From Octopus vulgaris (lineage: Eukaryota), in contig OX597831.1 in the NCBI GenBank assembly GCA_951406725.2, positions 56,606,001 through 56,670,000 on the forward strand: a stretch of DNA of 64,000 nucleotides, given 5' to 3'. The notes beneath the pieces are model-generated. The model did not search any database. It had not been told where the DNA came from and was given only the letters and a program-made list of their open reading frames with translations. How positions within the stretch are numbered: position 1 is the stretch's first letter; every line of letters begins with the position of its first letter. The translations under genes were made by a program, and so were the position numbers. Of the stretch, positions 42,077 through 55,480 are shown piece by piece.

Positions 42077-43022
42077 CACACATGGTACACACACACACGC
42101 ATGTGTTGGAGACTGTATGTGTGTATGCATATGAGTGTGTCTGTGCGTATGCATGAGTGTGTATGTGTATGCATATGAGTGTGTGTGTGCATGCATATGA
42201 GTGTGTATGTGCATTCATATGAGTGTGTGTGTATATGTATGCATGAGTGTGTGTGTGTATGCATGAGAGTGTGTATGTGCATTCATATGAGTGTGTGTGT
42301 ATGCATATGAGTGTGTGTGTATGCATGTATCCGTAGAAAAAAAGTAACATAGAGATGACCTCATATTCTGTATGCTTTTGTGTGATAAACAATAAGCTGG
42401 CTGAACCTAAGAGGGAGGATTTTTTTTATCAACATTAGTGAAGTAAGGAAGATCTAAATGGCCAATGCTAGAAACCATTTTATTTTTTTTTTGCATATAT
42501 ACATATATCATCCCCATCATCATCATCATTTAAACATCTATTTTTTATGCTCATGTGAGTGTATGTGCCTCCTTCTCTTGACATCACATGATAGTTGTAA
42601 AATAGTGTCCCTATCATACAAGTGGCGTCATTCATTGTTAATCTTCCATGAAAACAATGTTTTGGTCTTTGTGAAAATATTATCTTGCTTGGAAATAAGT
42701 GAGAGTTATCAACAGGGCAGGCATCTGTCCATAGAAAATTTGCCTCACTGAATTCTGCCTGACTCATGCAAGCATGGAAGAGTAAACATTAAAACAACGA
42801 TGATGATGATGATGATGGTGGTGACAATGATTTTCTCATTTGTCATATAACCATATGGTTAATTTTTCTCCCATGTCATTTTTGGGAAAATACCTTTGTA
42901 AAATTTGCTATTTAAGCTCGTAAAATTCAATTCCTTCCAAAATTGTTGATTTTTATATCTTTAGTGGAAGAAACAGTAGAGGTTCAGACTAGATATTTTG
43001 TAGTATATACTTACATCTTTAA

Positions 43023-43239
43023 CCCTTTCGTTACCAACATGGCTGAAACCGGCTCTGGCTCTGAGTACAAATGTCTTTTTTTCATAAGTTTTGAATTAAA
43101 ATCTTCCAAACTTTAGTCACAATTTATGTTCCTAACACTAGCTGAATGATAACTAAGTTATTTTATTAAATTCTTTGTTATATTTAAAGTAATTGAAAGA
43201 AACACAGAGCATCTCAAAATAAATACAGGAACAAAAGGG
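43023..43239. mobile_element. piggyBac-type MITE
   Basis: TTAA|CCCTTTcgtt...aacaAAAGGG|TTAA, with TTAA on both sides. Confidence 0.85.
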
Positions 43240-43889
43240 TTAAAATGACCATATCTGGCCCAAATATTCAACTTGTTTTATCTTCAAACCAGCTAGACCT
43301 GGTCTCTCACTCTTACCATACTATGTCATTCTAAACATAACCCCATCACATCATCAAAATCTTGAAGCTATGAGATAATGCATGATTAATTCAAAACAAT
43401 GTGAATATATAAGCGTTACATTTGACAATGCCAAAGGGTTTAACAAACAAAAGTGATAAAAACAGAAGCACCTAAATTATTAGTGATTTGATTGATATGT
43501 CAGCTAAATAAAAGACATGTAGCAATTCACAAAACAATTCTAATCCCACCAAAGTCAAATTCACTGTTCATCATTCTGGCATTGATAAAGTAAATATCAG
43601 CTATGTACTAGAGTTTATTTAATTGGGTATTGATTTTTTCCAAAACTTGCAACCTTGCTCCAAAATTACAAATTATGATAATTATTTTTATATACAAGGA
43701 TGTGCAACTTTTCAGTAGCAAATTACAATGTTTTCCCATTTGATATTCTTCCCAAAGCAGCGCATATTTCTGGCTGAATCAATGTGTTCTGCCTAAGAAT
43801 GCTTCCATGATGTCTAAACAACTGACTATAGAGTTTATGATATATGTATGCGCATACACAGAGGATATATGGAACTTAGAAGTGTGTGT

Positions 43890-44039
43890 ATTTTGTTGGG
43901 TCTTGGGAGAGTAATTATGCCAATAATAAATAACACAAGCGCACAGGTTCAATTCTATTGACTAACAATAAAAAAGTGGAATTGAACCTGCGCAGGTCTT
44001 TTTATTATTGATGTAATGACTCTCCCAAGACAACAAAAT
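43890..44039. repeat. Imperfect fold-back inverted repeat (~150 bp)
   Basis: attttgttg..gtcttgggagagtaattatgccaataataaa...caggttcaattc pairs with gaattgaacctg...tttattattgatgtaatgactctcccaagacaacaaaat. Confidence 0.85.
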
Positions 44040-44599
44040 TTGTTTCAATACACAAATTCACATCAAGTATCTTGCGATATATATATATTGCAAAATATAT
44101 ATTTATACATATATATATATATATATATTTCTCAAACTGTCAATATAATTGCATCCAATATTTAGAATGCTATATAACTGTTATATCCTTAAGAATAAAA
44201 GAATACACTGCAACAGTGTAATAATATAATTGAAACAAATGGCAGTAACCACGCGGAATGTAACAATCTTTTAAGAACCAACAATCCAACATGCTAACTT
44301 GAAAACTTTGAACTCCAGTTTTGAACTGTTAACACACAAACTGTGGAACTAGCACGAACTACCTCACTTACTCAGACTGCTATGTAGTAGTCCAGTTCAT
44401 TCTCACCAGGGGACGTCATACTCTTACACATCTCCCTTTTGAGATTTTGTGTTCCAAAGGAATAAAGAAATTTTTTATTTATTTATTTTTTTTAGTATCT
44501 CTTTTGCTTGGGCATTATCTCAATGTGTTCAGTCTGCTTTCTTTTCTCATACTGGTTCTACAGGACTGTATTACTTTTGGTACCAGTACATCAAATATT

Positions 44600-46100
44600 T
44601 CACAGAATACTTCCATGCAGAAACCTGTGGAATTTTTTAACTGCAAAAATAATTGCTAGGGTCTCCTTTTCAATTTCACTACATCTTTTCTCTGCAGCTT
44701 TTAGCGAGCACGAAACATGAACCACTGGTTTTGTACTTCCGTCTTCATATTTATGAAGTAGAACTGCACCTAATCTGTGCTTGGAAGCATCAGATGCTAC
44801 AATGATGTCCAAGAACAGGTCTGGGATTAGAATTCTTTTCTATTTCTTCAAAAGTGTTCTGCCATTTAGTGGACCAATTCCACTTTACTCCTTTTTTTTA
44901 ATAAGTTGTTCAATGGAGCTCTTAATTTGTGCATATTAGGAATGTAGTTTTGGTAGTAGTTTGCCAGCCCAAGAAATGCTTATAAATTTAGAATATTTGT
45001 CGGCGCAGGCATATTCCTTATTGCATCTGCCCTCGACGGGTCAAGATGTCTACCACTGTTATCAATCATTTGCCCTAAGTACTTAATTTGGGATAGAAAG
45101 AATTCCCATTTTTCTTCACTCAAAGTGAAACTGAAAACTTTAATTTTCTTAAACAAAGCTTTTATGAGTTCCACATGCTGTTCGTGAGAATTACTCTTGA
45201 TAAAAAAATATTGCCCAAGTATGAGATTGCAAATTCACAATCACATAACATAGTATCCATGATTTGCTAGAATATTTTTTCTGGTGCCACTTTTAATCCA
45301 AAAGGTAATCGTGTGTATCTGTATAATCCTCTGCATGTATTTATTGTCAAATACTTTGAGCATTTTTCATTTGCTTTTATCTGCAAATGGGCTTCAGACA
45401 GATCTAATTCAGAAAAGACTTTTCCATCATTTAACTTTGAAAAAAAGTCCTCTGCAGTTGGGAGTGGATGGTGGTATGTTTTTAAATAGTCATTCAATCC
45501 TGTAGAGAAATCAGCATGCAGCCTAATCTTTTTTTTTTTTTTTTAATACATACTGTGGGTACTGTCCACTTTGAGTAATCCACCTTTTTGAGGACTCCAC
45601 TCTTTTTGAGTCTGTCTAACACCTCATTTACGGTTTCATTTTCTGCAAACAGTACTTTTCTGTTTGCTTCAAATACAGGTACAGCATTATAACTTACTTG
45701 GAAATAGGCTTTCATCTTTCTGCAAAAACCTAAATCCTTTGATAACACTTGTAGGAATATTTTTTTAAATATTTTCTTCAGTTCCTCCGAAGACTTGTTT
45801 TTAATGGGACAACCATTTATGTTATTGCAGTAAAGATTTATGGGGAGGTGCCATAAATCAAATAGTTCTAACCAATCTGTGCCAAACAGATTAATTGTAT
45901 TATCCACAACGAATAATTTTGCTTCAAATGTCTCTCCTCAAAATGTGATATCGATACACATTCTGTCCATGAAATGTAATTTATCGTTCGTTACACCACA
46001 TGCTATGTTTTATGTAATCTCAGTTCACCAATTTTTTCCCCAATATCCACATTTATAATCAAGTATTATTACCTGTGTCTAACTGTAATTTGGTATTCAC
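44600..46100 (-). pseudogene. Gypsy pol remnant (protease-RT-RNase H)
   Basis: HPLPTAEDFFSKLNDGKVFSELDLSEAHLQI, GLYRYTRLPFGLK, IKYLGQMID and IVASDASKHRLGAVL...EKETLAIIFAVKKFHRFLHG. Frameshifted. Confidence 0.9.
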
Positions 46101-46268
46101 ATCATTTATTTTTACGTGCATGAATTTTCTTGTTTTTCCATTGCAATCACTCTCCACTGAAAACACCTTAGAACTTTTTAGGTTTGAGCCATGTTAGTCT
46201 TGTTCTACATGAGAACTCTTGTGTCCCAGCTTCTGACAACATTAGCACTTTTTGCTTTAAAATTAATT

Positions 46269-48570
46269 ATTAGTGTCACTACTGAAGAACCTTTAGGTCA
46301 CTCTGATCGTTCCTTGATCATGGCCGACTTGTCTCTGATTGGTTGTAACAAAATTCACAACCATCTTCAAACTGCCCACTTTGATTGAAATAAAGCAGAC
46401 TGGAACTCTTATTGTACCGAGGTGCAATGCCCAAACTAGCTTGAATTTTATGTCTATGGAGATGTGAACACTATACTTCAAAACATTCTGAATTCAATAT
46501 GGACGGCATGTGCAGCATCGGTACCACGCAAGCACAAAAACCTCCTAATAGTGCAATTTGGGAGACTGCAGCAGTCCGACGTGCCAGGAAAGAATGCTGT
46601 AATGCTGAACAGGAATACAAAATGCACAAATCAGAGATTAACAGGAAAAAGTGCAATAGATCATCCAACCGTCTCAAGCAGATGACAAAAAAGGCAGTGC
46701 TTGAATTCGAACAGCGCATAGCAACCAACCCTGACAGCAAAGTGTTCTGGAAGTATGCACATTCAAAGCAGAGACCTACTCTCCAGTTGGTCCCTTTCGC
46801 AATCTCCACACAGGCCAGATTACTGACAATCCCAAAGAAAGTGCAGAAATTATTGCTGGATGCTATGCAGGCATCTTTACTGTCAAAGATAAAAATGTTC
46901 CATCTCCATCACCTCTGACACTGGACTCTATAACTACTATGAAATTTACACCAGCAATGCTACAATGCCACCTTAAGAATAAACATAACTATGCCTCTCC
47001 TGGTCTTGAGGGTGTTATATACCTACTTCTCAAATGCTGTGGGTACTTTCTTCTGAACCAACTTTCACTATTCTTTCTATTCTGTCTTGACAATGGTGTT
47101 ACTCCAGAGCAGTGGAAAACTGCCAGTGTTATCCCTCTATTCAAAAAAGGTGACCGCACATCGCCTGTCAACTATCACCCTGTTAGTCTTACTAGCTGCA
47201 TCGCTAAACTGATGGAATCCTGTGTCAGAGAAACCCTCTGGAACTTCTGGAAGTCTCACAGCCTCATCCAGCTGTCACAATTTGGATTTATTCCTAACTC
47301 CAGATGCTGTAATCAACTCATCGAGTTTCTTGAGGACATTACCTGAATCACTGATGGCAGCTTCTGGGTGGATGTTGTTTACCTGGACTTTGCTAAGATT
47401 TTTAATTCTGTGCCACACAAAAGACTTATGGTGAAACTCTCTGTAATGGGTGTAAGAGATGATCTCTATAACTGGTTGAAGTCCTTCATTATTGGCCGAA
47501 AAGAGGTTGTCACAGTTCTAGGACAGCACTCTTCACCCTATGAGATGACATCTGGTGTACTATAGGGATCTGTTCTTGGTCCCCTTTTATTTGTTGCATA
47601 TATTAATGACATAGATGCCAACTTAAAGAATGCCACAATGCTGAAATATGCTGATGACATCAAGCTGTACCTCGAAATAAAGAAGACAGATCCTGTACAC
47701 TATAGATCTTTATTGCAATCTGACCTGGACACAATGCAGCAATGGATCATGGACTGGCAACTCAAGCTGGCCGTGGACAAATGTACCACCATGCATTTTG
47801 GGAGGAAAAACCCAGCGTCTACTTACTCCCTGCATAACCCTAATCTCAAAAAGTCTTCTTGTGAACATGACCTGGGCATTATTGTCGACAGCGATTTGTG
47901 TTGGACAAAACACATTGCTAAAATTGCCAAGAAGGCTGAGAGTGTCTTGGCATCACTTACCAAGTCCTTTGTGAGCTGCTCTCCTGTGTGGCCTCACCGG
48001 TCTGGAACCCCTATCTTGCCCAGGATATTAATCATCTGGAAACTATTCAGCAACATGCAACCAAGAGAATACCCTCCATCAGGCATTTGCCATATTCTGA
48101 ATGCCTTACTTCCCTGGGCAGGGATACATTGAAACTCCAACATCTGGCAACTGACTTGGCAGACACCCATAAAATTATTAACCATCTTACTAACAATAAC
48201 TCTGAGCACCTTTTCAAACTCCACCTGACTAACACCTGTGGACATGTTTACAAAGTCAGAAAACAGTACAGCTCCCATGACTTTCGGAAACATTTTTTTC
48301 ATGCTAAGAGTTGCTGAAGCATGGAACAGACTGCTGGCATGAGTTGTTAGTTGTCGGAGCACTGCATCCTTCAAAACTTCCATGCTTCCTAAGATGCGCC
48401 AACATTACACCCGATTTTCTCCCCTCCATACGCATGCAAGCATATATCTGACTCATACACTGTTCACTTTCCAGACATTTGTACATTACTGCATATACTT
48501 TATACGCTCTTTTGACAAGTTATAGTGCACCAGAGCACTGTATACAATAATTTCATTATTATTATTATTA
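46269..48570 (+). mobile_element. 5'-truncated CR1-clade LINE (end of APE + RT), (ATT)n tail
   Basis: PLGHSD (APE end), FKKGDRTSPVNYHPVSLTSCIAKLME, VYLDFAK, GSVLGPLLF, KYADDIKL and RVAEAWNRL. Stops and frameshifts present. Possible attaatt TSD at 46262-46268 and 48567-48573. Confidence 0.93.
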
Positions 48571-51500
48571 ATTGTTGTAGTTGTTCCTTTTGCTTCTCTT
48601 AAAGCTGTACTACAGCAGCTAATAGATTTTCCATGACACAGAAATTGTCAAATAACCAATGTGAGTTTCGAACGATCTTTGTTACCAGATATTATATCCT
48701 TAAAGATAAACGAATACACTGCAAAAGTGTAATAACGAAACGAACGGCAGTAACCACATGGAACCTAACAGCAATCTTTTAAGAACCAACAATCCAACAC
48801 ACTAACTTGTATCCAATGTGTACTGTTAGAGGCAACTAAAATAGTTGGCATCCAACCATCAAAAAACACTGCTTGGAAAAGTCCTATCCAACTCATAATG
48901 GCCTGAAAATGAGGACATAAAACGATGATGGTGATGATTATATAATCACTATTAATCCAAGATTCCAAAGATGCTGCCAGCTGACCTAGCTATAACAACA
49001 TTTTCATATGTAAAATTAATGCAGCATCAGCTGCAGTTTAGATATCTTGTAGAGATGTAAGGAATTAACTAAAATCCTGGGATTCATTAGAGCTTAATAT
49101 ATATATTGTAAGCTTGAACACTGGACTTTTGTATCCTTTGGTACCTTCAGAATATAAACAATTTTACATTCACTGAAATTAACCAGAAGCTTATTAATTA
49201 GAATGATTTTAACACAGGGAGAAGAAAATTAAACTGTATCTATATAATAATGAATATATTAATAATTCCTATAAAAAAAAAATAATTTTCCTGACATTTG
49301 TTTTTAAACATAATTTTGTTTCAAAAATCAATAAAATGGATTGGAAACTAATACCAGATGTTCTAGAAATAACATTTATACAAGCAACCTAAACAACTAT
49401 TCAATATGTATGTAATCGTGAAATATATAATAAAATAAAATCTATTTTTCCAATAGAAATATGTAATTGTGAAAAGAGGTGCAGGAAACTGAAGATGATA
49501 TTGTAATAATACAATTTAGCTCATTATCCTTTTCACACCAAGCTACCAGTCAATATAGTGAACAGAAATAATGCATAGATGCATGTATGCACACATACAC
49601 ACACATCTGTGTGTATATGTTAACAGTGACAAAGCATAAAAAATGACTAATGAGAGAGACATCAATAATAAAAAATCAATGACAGAAAGTGATCGAGTAT
49701 ATATTTGCTACTTCCCACCTCTACACACACTTTCAAACTAAAGTGAAAGTTTTAAGATACTAACTATGGTTATTATACCATCATTAAAAAGAAACCAAAC
49801 TTTTCAGTAGAGTAATCAAAATATAAAAGAAAGAAAATCTGAGAAATAAACATCTATTATTGCAAGTAATATTTTCAAAAGAACAAATTCATTTTTTTTT
49901 TTTTTCGCATTGCACAAAAGAATGCTAAGATGCGACATTGTTGATGAATGACCAAACAGCATCAGAACTAAAAAAAAAAAAAAAAAACCAATATGGGTAA
50001 CAGCTACATGAAATTAACTGATCATAAAATATTTAGTTTACAAATATAAATAATAATTCCGAAATTAAAAATAGAAAAAAAAAAACTAATGGGACATGTT
50101 AGTGGTTAAGATATACGATATGGTGGGTTTCATCGAGGATGGGGCGAGCTTGGTCAAACCAGATCGAGTCGCTCTTATGATCAAAGGCAGGTCTGATCAT
50201 TTTGAATTTCAAGGACTATGTTGTCTAAGATGGTATGGTGTGATTTAAAATAGATGAGAATGTTATTTTTAAAGCAGCGGTTCCCAAACCTATGCATTAC
50301 GAATACAGACTCTTTCACTTCGAAATATTGGATAAAATGCTAAGATGTTCATGAATTTTATACAATATGCCATAGGTATAAGGCCTAACAATAATGACTA
50401 CAAAAAAAAAAATTAGGAATATTTGCAATAAAAGTGTCAGATATTGATTTATTAAGTTTATAGATTTTTTTTTTCTATTTTAGCATTTAAAAAGATATGG
50501 TCGTGTAAGATTAAAGTCACGGAGTAGAAAAAAAAAAGCTGTGACCCGCTGCTGAAAAAAATCACCGGTGTTAACTCAGCAACCGCATAGTGGTTCCCCA
50601 TAATCACATTAGCATATGCTTTACAGACGAAGAACCGGTAGTTAGTGATCTGTGACCTGTGCTGTATACTGACTGTATCCATGGCCAACGCTTAACAGAC
50701 AATTGCACCCGGCTGTAAAAGAGTGGAATCGGGGTGGATAGAGTTCACTGCGGCAGCCTGCAGCAAACATTGTGCAACTGACTAATATTTTCTTCGCTAG
50801 CATGCCGAATTGAATGAAAGCCTCCTACGAGTATGGAAGGGCGATCAGAGTGGTTTAGCTTAAATATACTGCATAAAGATTAAATATTCATTGATATCCC
50901 ACAACTAAATTGTTTAACCAACTCGCCGCTATAATCACCACCATCATTATGTGCTTTACCAAATTAGTTGAGGACAAATTTACCTTTTCATTTATTTATT
51001 TAATACAACCGGCATCATGTGCAGGATAGTTGGGTCTTCTTGCATAATAGTCCGATGGTAAAAAGAAATGAATGTCTGAATATATCTTGAAATTTGAGGG
51101 TTAAGAATTAGTGTCAAAGATGCAGGAAATAACTTAATTTAGACTGCAGAAGAAGCAACTTTTTTTTCTTTTTAATCTTAAAAGAAAAGTGAATTAGCCG
51201 GCAACTTCGGAGTGCAAAACAAACAAATTTTTCGCCTAGTTTTATAGTGAAAACAACTACAATAGTTGTAGCTTGAAAAGAAATTATATATAAGCCGGGA
51301 GTAAAGAATTTGTCTGCTTGTAGGTGCTTCTTTAGACAAGTTTGGGAATTATAATAGACAATTCTTCTTTAATCGAGTTATTAACCGACATTAAGCAAAA
51401 GTTTGTTGGGTGGAAAATGAATGATAAAACTATTAAATAATATCGTACAACACACACATAAGTGTGTGTGTGTGAATAGTGCGTGCAAATAGGTATAATA

Positions 51501-53764
51501 TTAGCAATTGATGGCTTGCAACGAAAAGAGATTTTTTTTTTAAGCAATCAGAAAGTTTTCACCAACTTCCAGTGTTTGTGTGCGTGTGTATATATATATA
51601 TAAATGAGCTATTTTAGTAAGGAAGTGTGTAACCGGCAGCTAAACGTGTAATAAGAGAAATAAAACTCATTCGGGGTGAAGAAAGAGAAAAGAAGAAAGC
51701 GGTCAGATACAAGAAAGTGATAATGGAAACAAACAAGATAGTTTATTTAGTATGGGGTGGGCTAAACAAACATTGGACAAACAGATAATTGCTTCAAGGA
51801 CAGAAATATCAGCAATAACAACAGCCAAGGCAGAAACCTCCAATGCTGGCGTTCGATCTGCTAGAAATAGCAGTCAAATCTGCTTCAAACCATACCTTAA
51901 AATGTTGAATAAGCAAAAATTAGATAAAGTAACCCTACATGGTCCTAACATGGTGACGTAAATATAACTAAGATACTTCTGATCACAGGTCTGCTCAGGT
52001 AGTGTTGACCCAGAGTTAAACAACAGGCAATAAACTATCAATTACTGACGCTTGACAGATTTATTGACAACAAACTGCAGTCAAAATGCAATTATATATT
52101 TGGTGGAAGAGGTAGTAGGGAATTTTCAATGAATGTCTAAAATGTATGTAAATGAAATTAGAGACAAGTATTACAATTGTGCGACACATGCATAACGAAC
52201 AATTTATTGAATTTTTTTCTTTTTTCATATTTTGTGGGAAAATAAAGGATTCTTGTTACCCATTCCCATATTACCTATCTCATAAATCTGAAATGTTGTG
52301 CCCATATAAGAAATCAATATAAAATCACTATAATGATGTTATTGTAATATAAAATAATGTTCACACTAATGTATGTCTTTGGCAAATATAGAAAATGATG
52401 TACATTATTATATTCACTTATATAAGCACACAAATGCATGCAACCAAACATGTACAACCAACACACACACACACACACAATAGCGCATTGCAGTAGTTAG
52501 TAGAAAACAATATGTAGTATGAAGTTAAATAATATACTGTTAAGGTATATAATAATTAGGTGGCAGAGAAAAAGGACCTATAAAGTGTACCACGATAGTG
52601 CATGCATCTAACATTACCTTACACAAATACTGTCATACACTTAGTGATGTGTGTGTGTGTGTCACAGTGCATACATTACATACACACACACACACATATA
52701 TATACATACACATATATGCACATACATATATACATCTATACACATATATGCACATACATATATACATGCACACATATACATCTATACACATATGCACATA
52801 TATACATGCACACATATACATCTATGCACATACATATATACATGCACACATATACACGTACATATATACATGCATATGCAAGCATATATATATATATACA
52901 TGCATGCATATGAATGTACACATATGCATGCATATGTGTATGCATGTATATATATATATACGTATATAAATATATACATACATATATGCAAACATATGCA
53001 TACACATGTATAGACATATACGCACACATGCATACACACATGCACATAAGTATATATATATATTTTCATACATAGGTGTATATAACCTTTACATTTTCAT
53101 ACATATATACATATGCATACACACAATTTATATATATACACACACACACACCTATATATCATCTTATCATTTACATCTTTCTATGCTCACATGGATTAGA
53201 CAAGTCATCACAACTCGTGTCACTTCTTATTCAAGAGCTACTGTCCTCCTGGAAAGGTTGGAGGACCACACACTTCATTTCTTTCTTTTGACTTCCTTTC
53301 CATGGCTGGATGCCCCTCCTGTCACCAACCACTTTACAGAATGTCTGGGTTTATTTTATTATGGCACCAGTACTAGAAGGATTGGCATGTCGACAACAAG
53401 ACTAGAAGGATCTTACGACACTGATGTTTCATTTCCACTTTTACAGAGAATATTCAGTGGATTTTATCATGGTACCAACTTGAGTGCAGTCGCCTTGTAT
53501 CACGAAATATTAAAGTCTTCACACTCTACGATGTATTCATTCATATATATATATAAACGATGATGATGATGATATATATATATATATATACATACATACG
53601 CACATATATCTACACATGTTCATAGACATATGTGTGGCTTGACCATGTTCCTATAAACTGGTACCCCAAGACCATATATAGTCACACATAATATGCATAT
53701 ATTGGTATGGTAATGCAAATAGGCAAAATATTGCTCAAAATATAAGTATATGTATATTTCTTTA

Positions 53765-53895
53765 TTAATATTTAGCAGAACAGAGTTACTCAAGGTCTCA
53801 GAGTTTCGTGTATTGGCACTTACCAAAGTTGATAAGCGCTAAGGCACGAAAACTCTTGGAACTTTAATCACCTTGTTACTTCTGCTAAATATTAA
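53765..53895. ncRNA. Fold-back of two head-to-head hammerhead-like motifs
   Basis: + arm: caaag-UUGAUAA-gcgc(uaag)gcac-GAAA-acuc...aauc-accuug. - arm: UUGGUAA-gugc(caau)acac-GAAA-CUC(ugagaccuu)GAGU-A-acucug. The outer ends ttaatatttagcagaa are identical inverted copies. Confidence 0.5.
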
Positions 53896-54929
53896 CATAT
53901 ATAACAAAAGTATGGAGATATATATATATATATATATATTATAGGTTCACACACAGACGTACAGACATGCATATACAGAGTGAGAGAATTTGTCTGTGCG
54001 TGAGTATGTGTGGGTACCAGCAGCAATTAGGGGGTTAATCTTGCTACGGGCTTGTATCCTGATCAGCAGAGATTCTTATATTTCGAATCGCTTAAACATT
54101 GGAAACTAGGGATAGACCTCCAGCCTAATAAGCCTTTAGACTCAAGACAGATGTTAACTTTGATATATACATAGATACATATAGATACATACATATATAT
54201 ATACATATAGATATATACATATAGATATATACATATAAATAGATAGATATATAGATAGATAGATATACACACACACTATGTATATATATGTGTATATACC
54301 TATTATATATATAAACGAAAGTAGTGAAATAGTGAAAGCGAATCATTGTCAAGTAGACGAAAAGGGGGAGGTTCTCTAATAAAATAAACAAGACTCCGGC
54401 ATATTTTCAGTTTTCTTCTATGAATATTCAATATATTTAGATTATATTTTTTAGGCAGGTGACTCAAAACAATAACAATATTATTAATATCGCTATTATT
54501 ATCATTATTATTATTACTATTAACTCATACAAGCCAAAATGTTTTCCATACACTTTCTTATAATAATAAATAAACGAAAAAGAGCCATAAATTCATGAAA
54601 TCTAGATGATACGAGGATTTTTTCGAAACAACAACAGAGATACTCTTAAGACAAATAAATGCAAGGGAATAGTAAAAAAAAAAAATATGGGGTTAGGATA
54701 GGGAAATGAGTAGAAGAGCTGCAGAATCGCAGAACGTATTGTTATTTTCGAAAATGGAACCCTATGTATGTTGATAGTTGAGCCTAGAAACACGATAATA
54801 TGCATACCGACTACAATCCGTACTGTGTGTATATTTATATATACACACACAATGCGTATGTGTGTATACAAAATGAAAGCCCGCAAAGGGTTAAATTAAA
54901 AAAGAAAGTAAGGTTTTGTCTTCACTTAC

Positions 54930-55029
54930 CGCCCCATATTCCAAGTTGTAACTGCGATCTATCCAGATTTTCGACATAATCGCCGAGAAATTTGTTCATT
55001 AACTCAACAACAAACGATTCGAACACCAT
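54930..55029 (-). CDS. VPS13: VPS13A/C-like (chorein N-terminal) gene, first coding exon
   Basis: Minus strand reads caaccATGG (good Kozak context), then [33 protein letters not shown](G), then donor G|GTAAGT. This matches the remembered N-terminus of VPS13A/C ([34 protein letters not shown]). The 100-nt phase-1 exon length is as I recall for vertebrate orthologues. Too short for the ORF track. Confidence 0.93.
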
Positions 55030-55480
55030 GGTTGCTGGCTGGTTTTCTTCACCTCCACACTTAACAGTCTACTCAGCCAAAGTGTCCGTCCCTCCTCTCA
55101 GGACTTCACTATATATGTATATATATATTATATTATAAATTTATGTACGCGCTCCTGCTCACTAGTTCGCTTTCTCTTTCTCCCTCCCCCTCTCTCTCTA
55201 TCTTCTCTCTGTTTCTCTCACTCTCTCTCTCTCTCTCCTACTCTGGTAAAACGTGTGTGCTCGACATCATGTACTTACTTATATTATTACTACATGATGC
55301 GGCCGAACTAAAGCCAGCCAGCTAGACATCTGAAGAAGACAACTACGTGATATTACTAACAAAGGTTTAGACGATGACAGATAATATTAATTATACTACT
55401 ACTACTAATTATAATGATAATGCTATCAGTTTGCCCAGCCGAAAGATATGATGGCGGAGAAGGTGCTGCCGTTTACGCAT
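55030..55480. promoter_or_regulatory. Probable VPS13 5'UTR/promoter; CpG-retaining, with (CT/GA)n tract and a YY1-like ATGGCGG motif on the + strand (~55451)
   Basis: Directly upstream of the VPS13 ATG. CpGs are frequent compared with the intron. CT-rich tract at ~55170-55240. Confidence 0.5.

Larger units (their letters stand above)
44179..48809 (-). mobile_element. Deleted Gypsy (Mag-like) LTR retrotransposon interrupted by a LINE
   Basis: 3' LTR at 44179-44430 (TG..CA) preceded by PPT aaaagggaga. Homologous truncated 5' LTR at 48690-48809 followed by PBS tggtaacaaagatcgttcg (degenerate tRNA-iMet complement). Gag start MENLLAAVVQL, CCHC remnant ~46200-46255, protease LQLDTG ~46080, RT and RNase H present, integrase missing. 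Confidence 0.92.

Noticed and set aside
49870-49967. Poly-T/AG acceptor-like site as possible VPS13 exon 2
   Set aside because: The phase-1 translation (VLMLFGHSS...) is unlike VPS13 and there is no donor at the expected distance.
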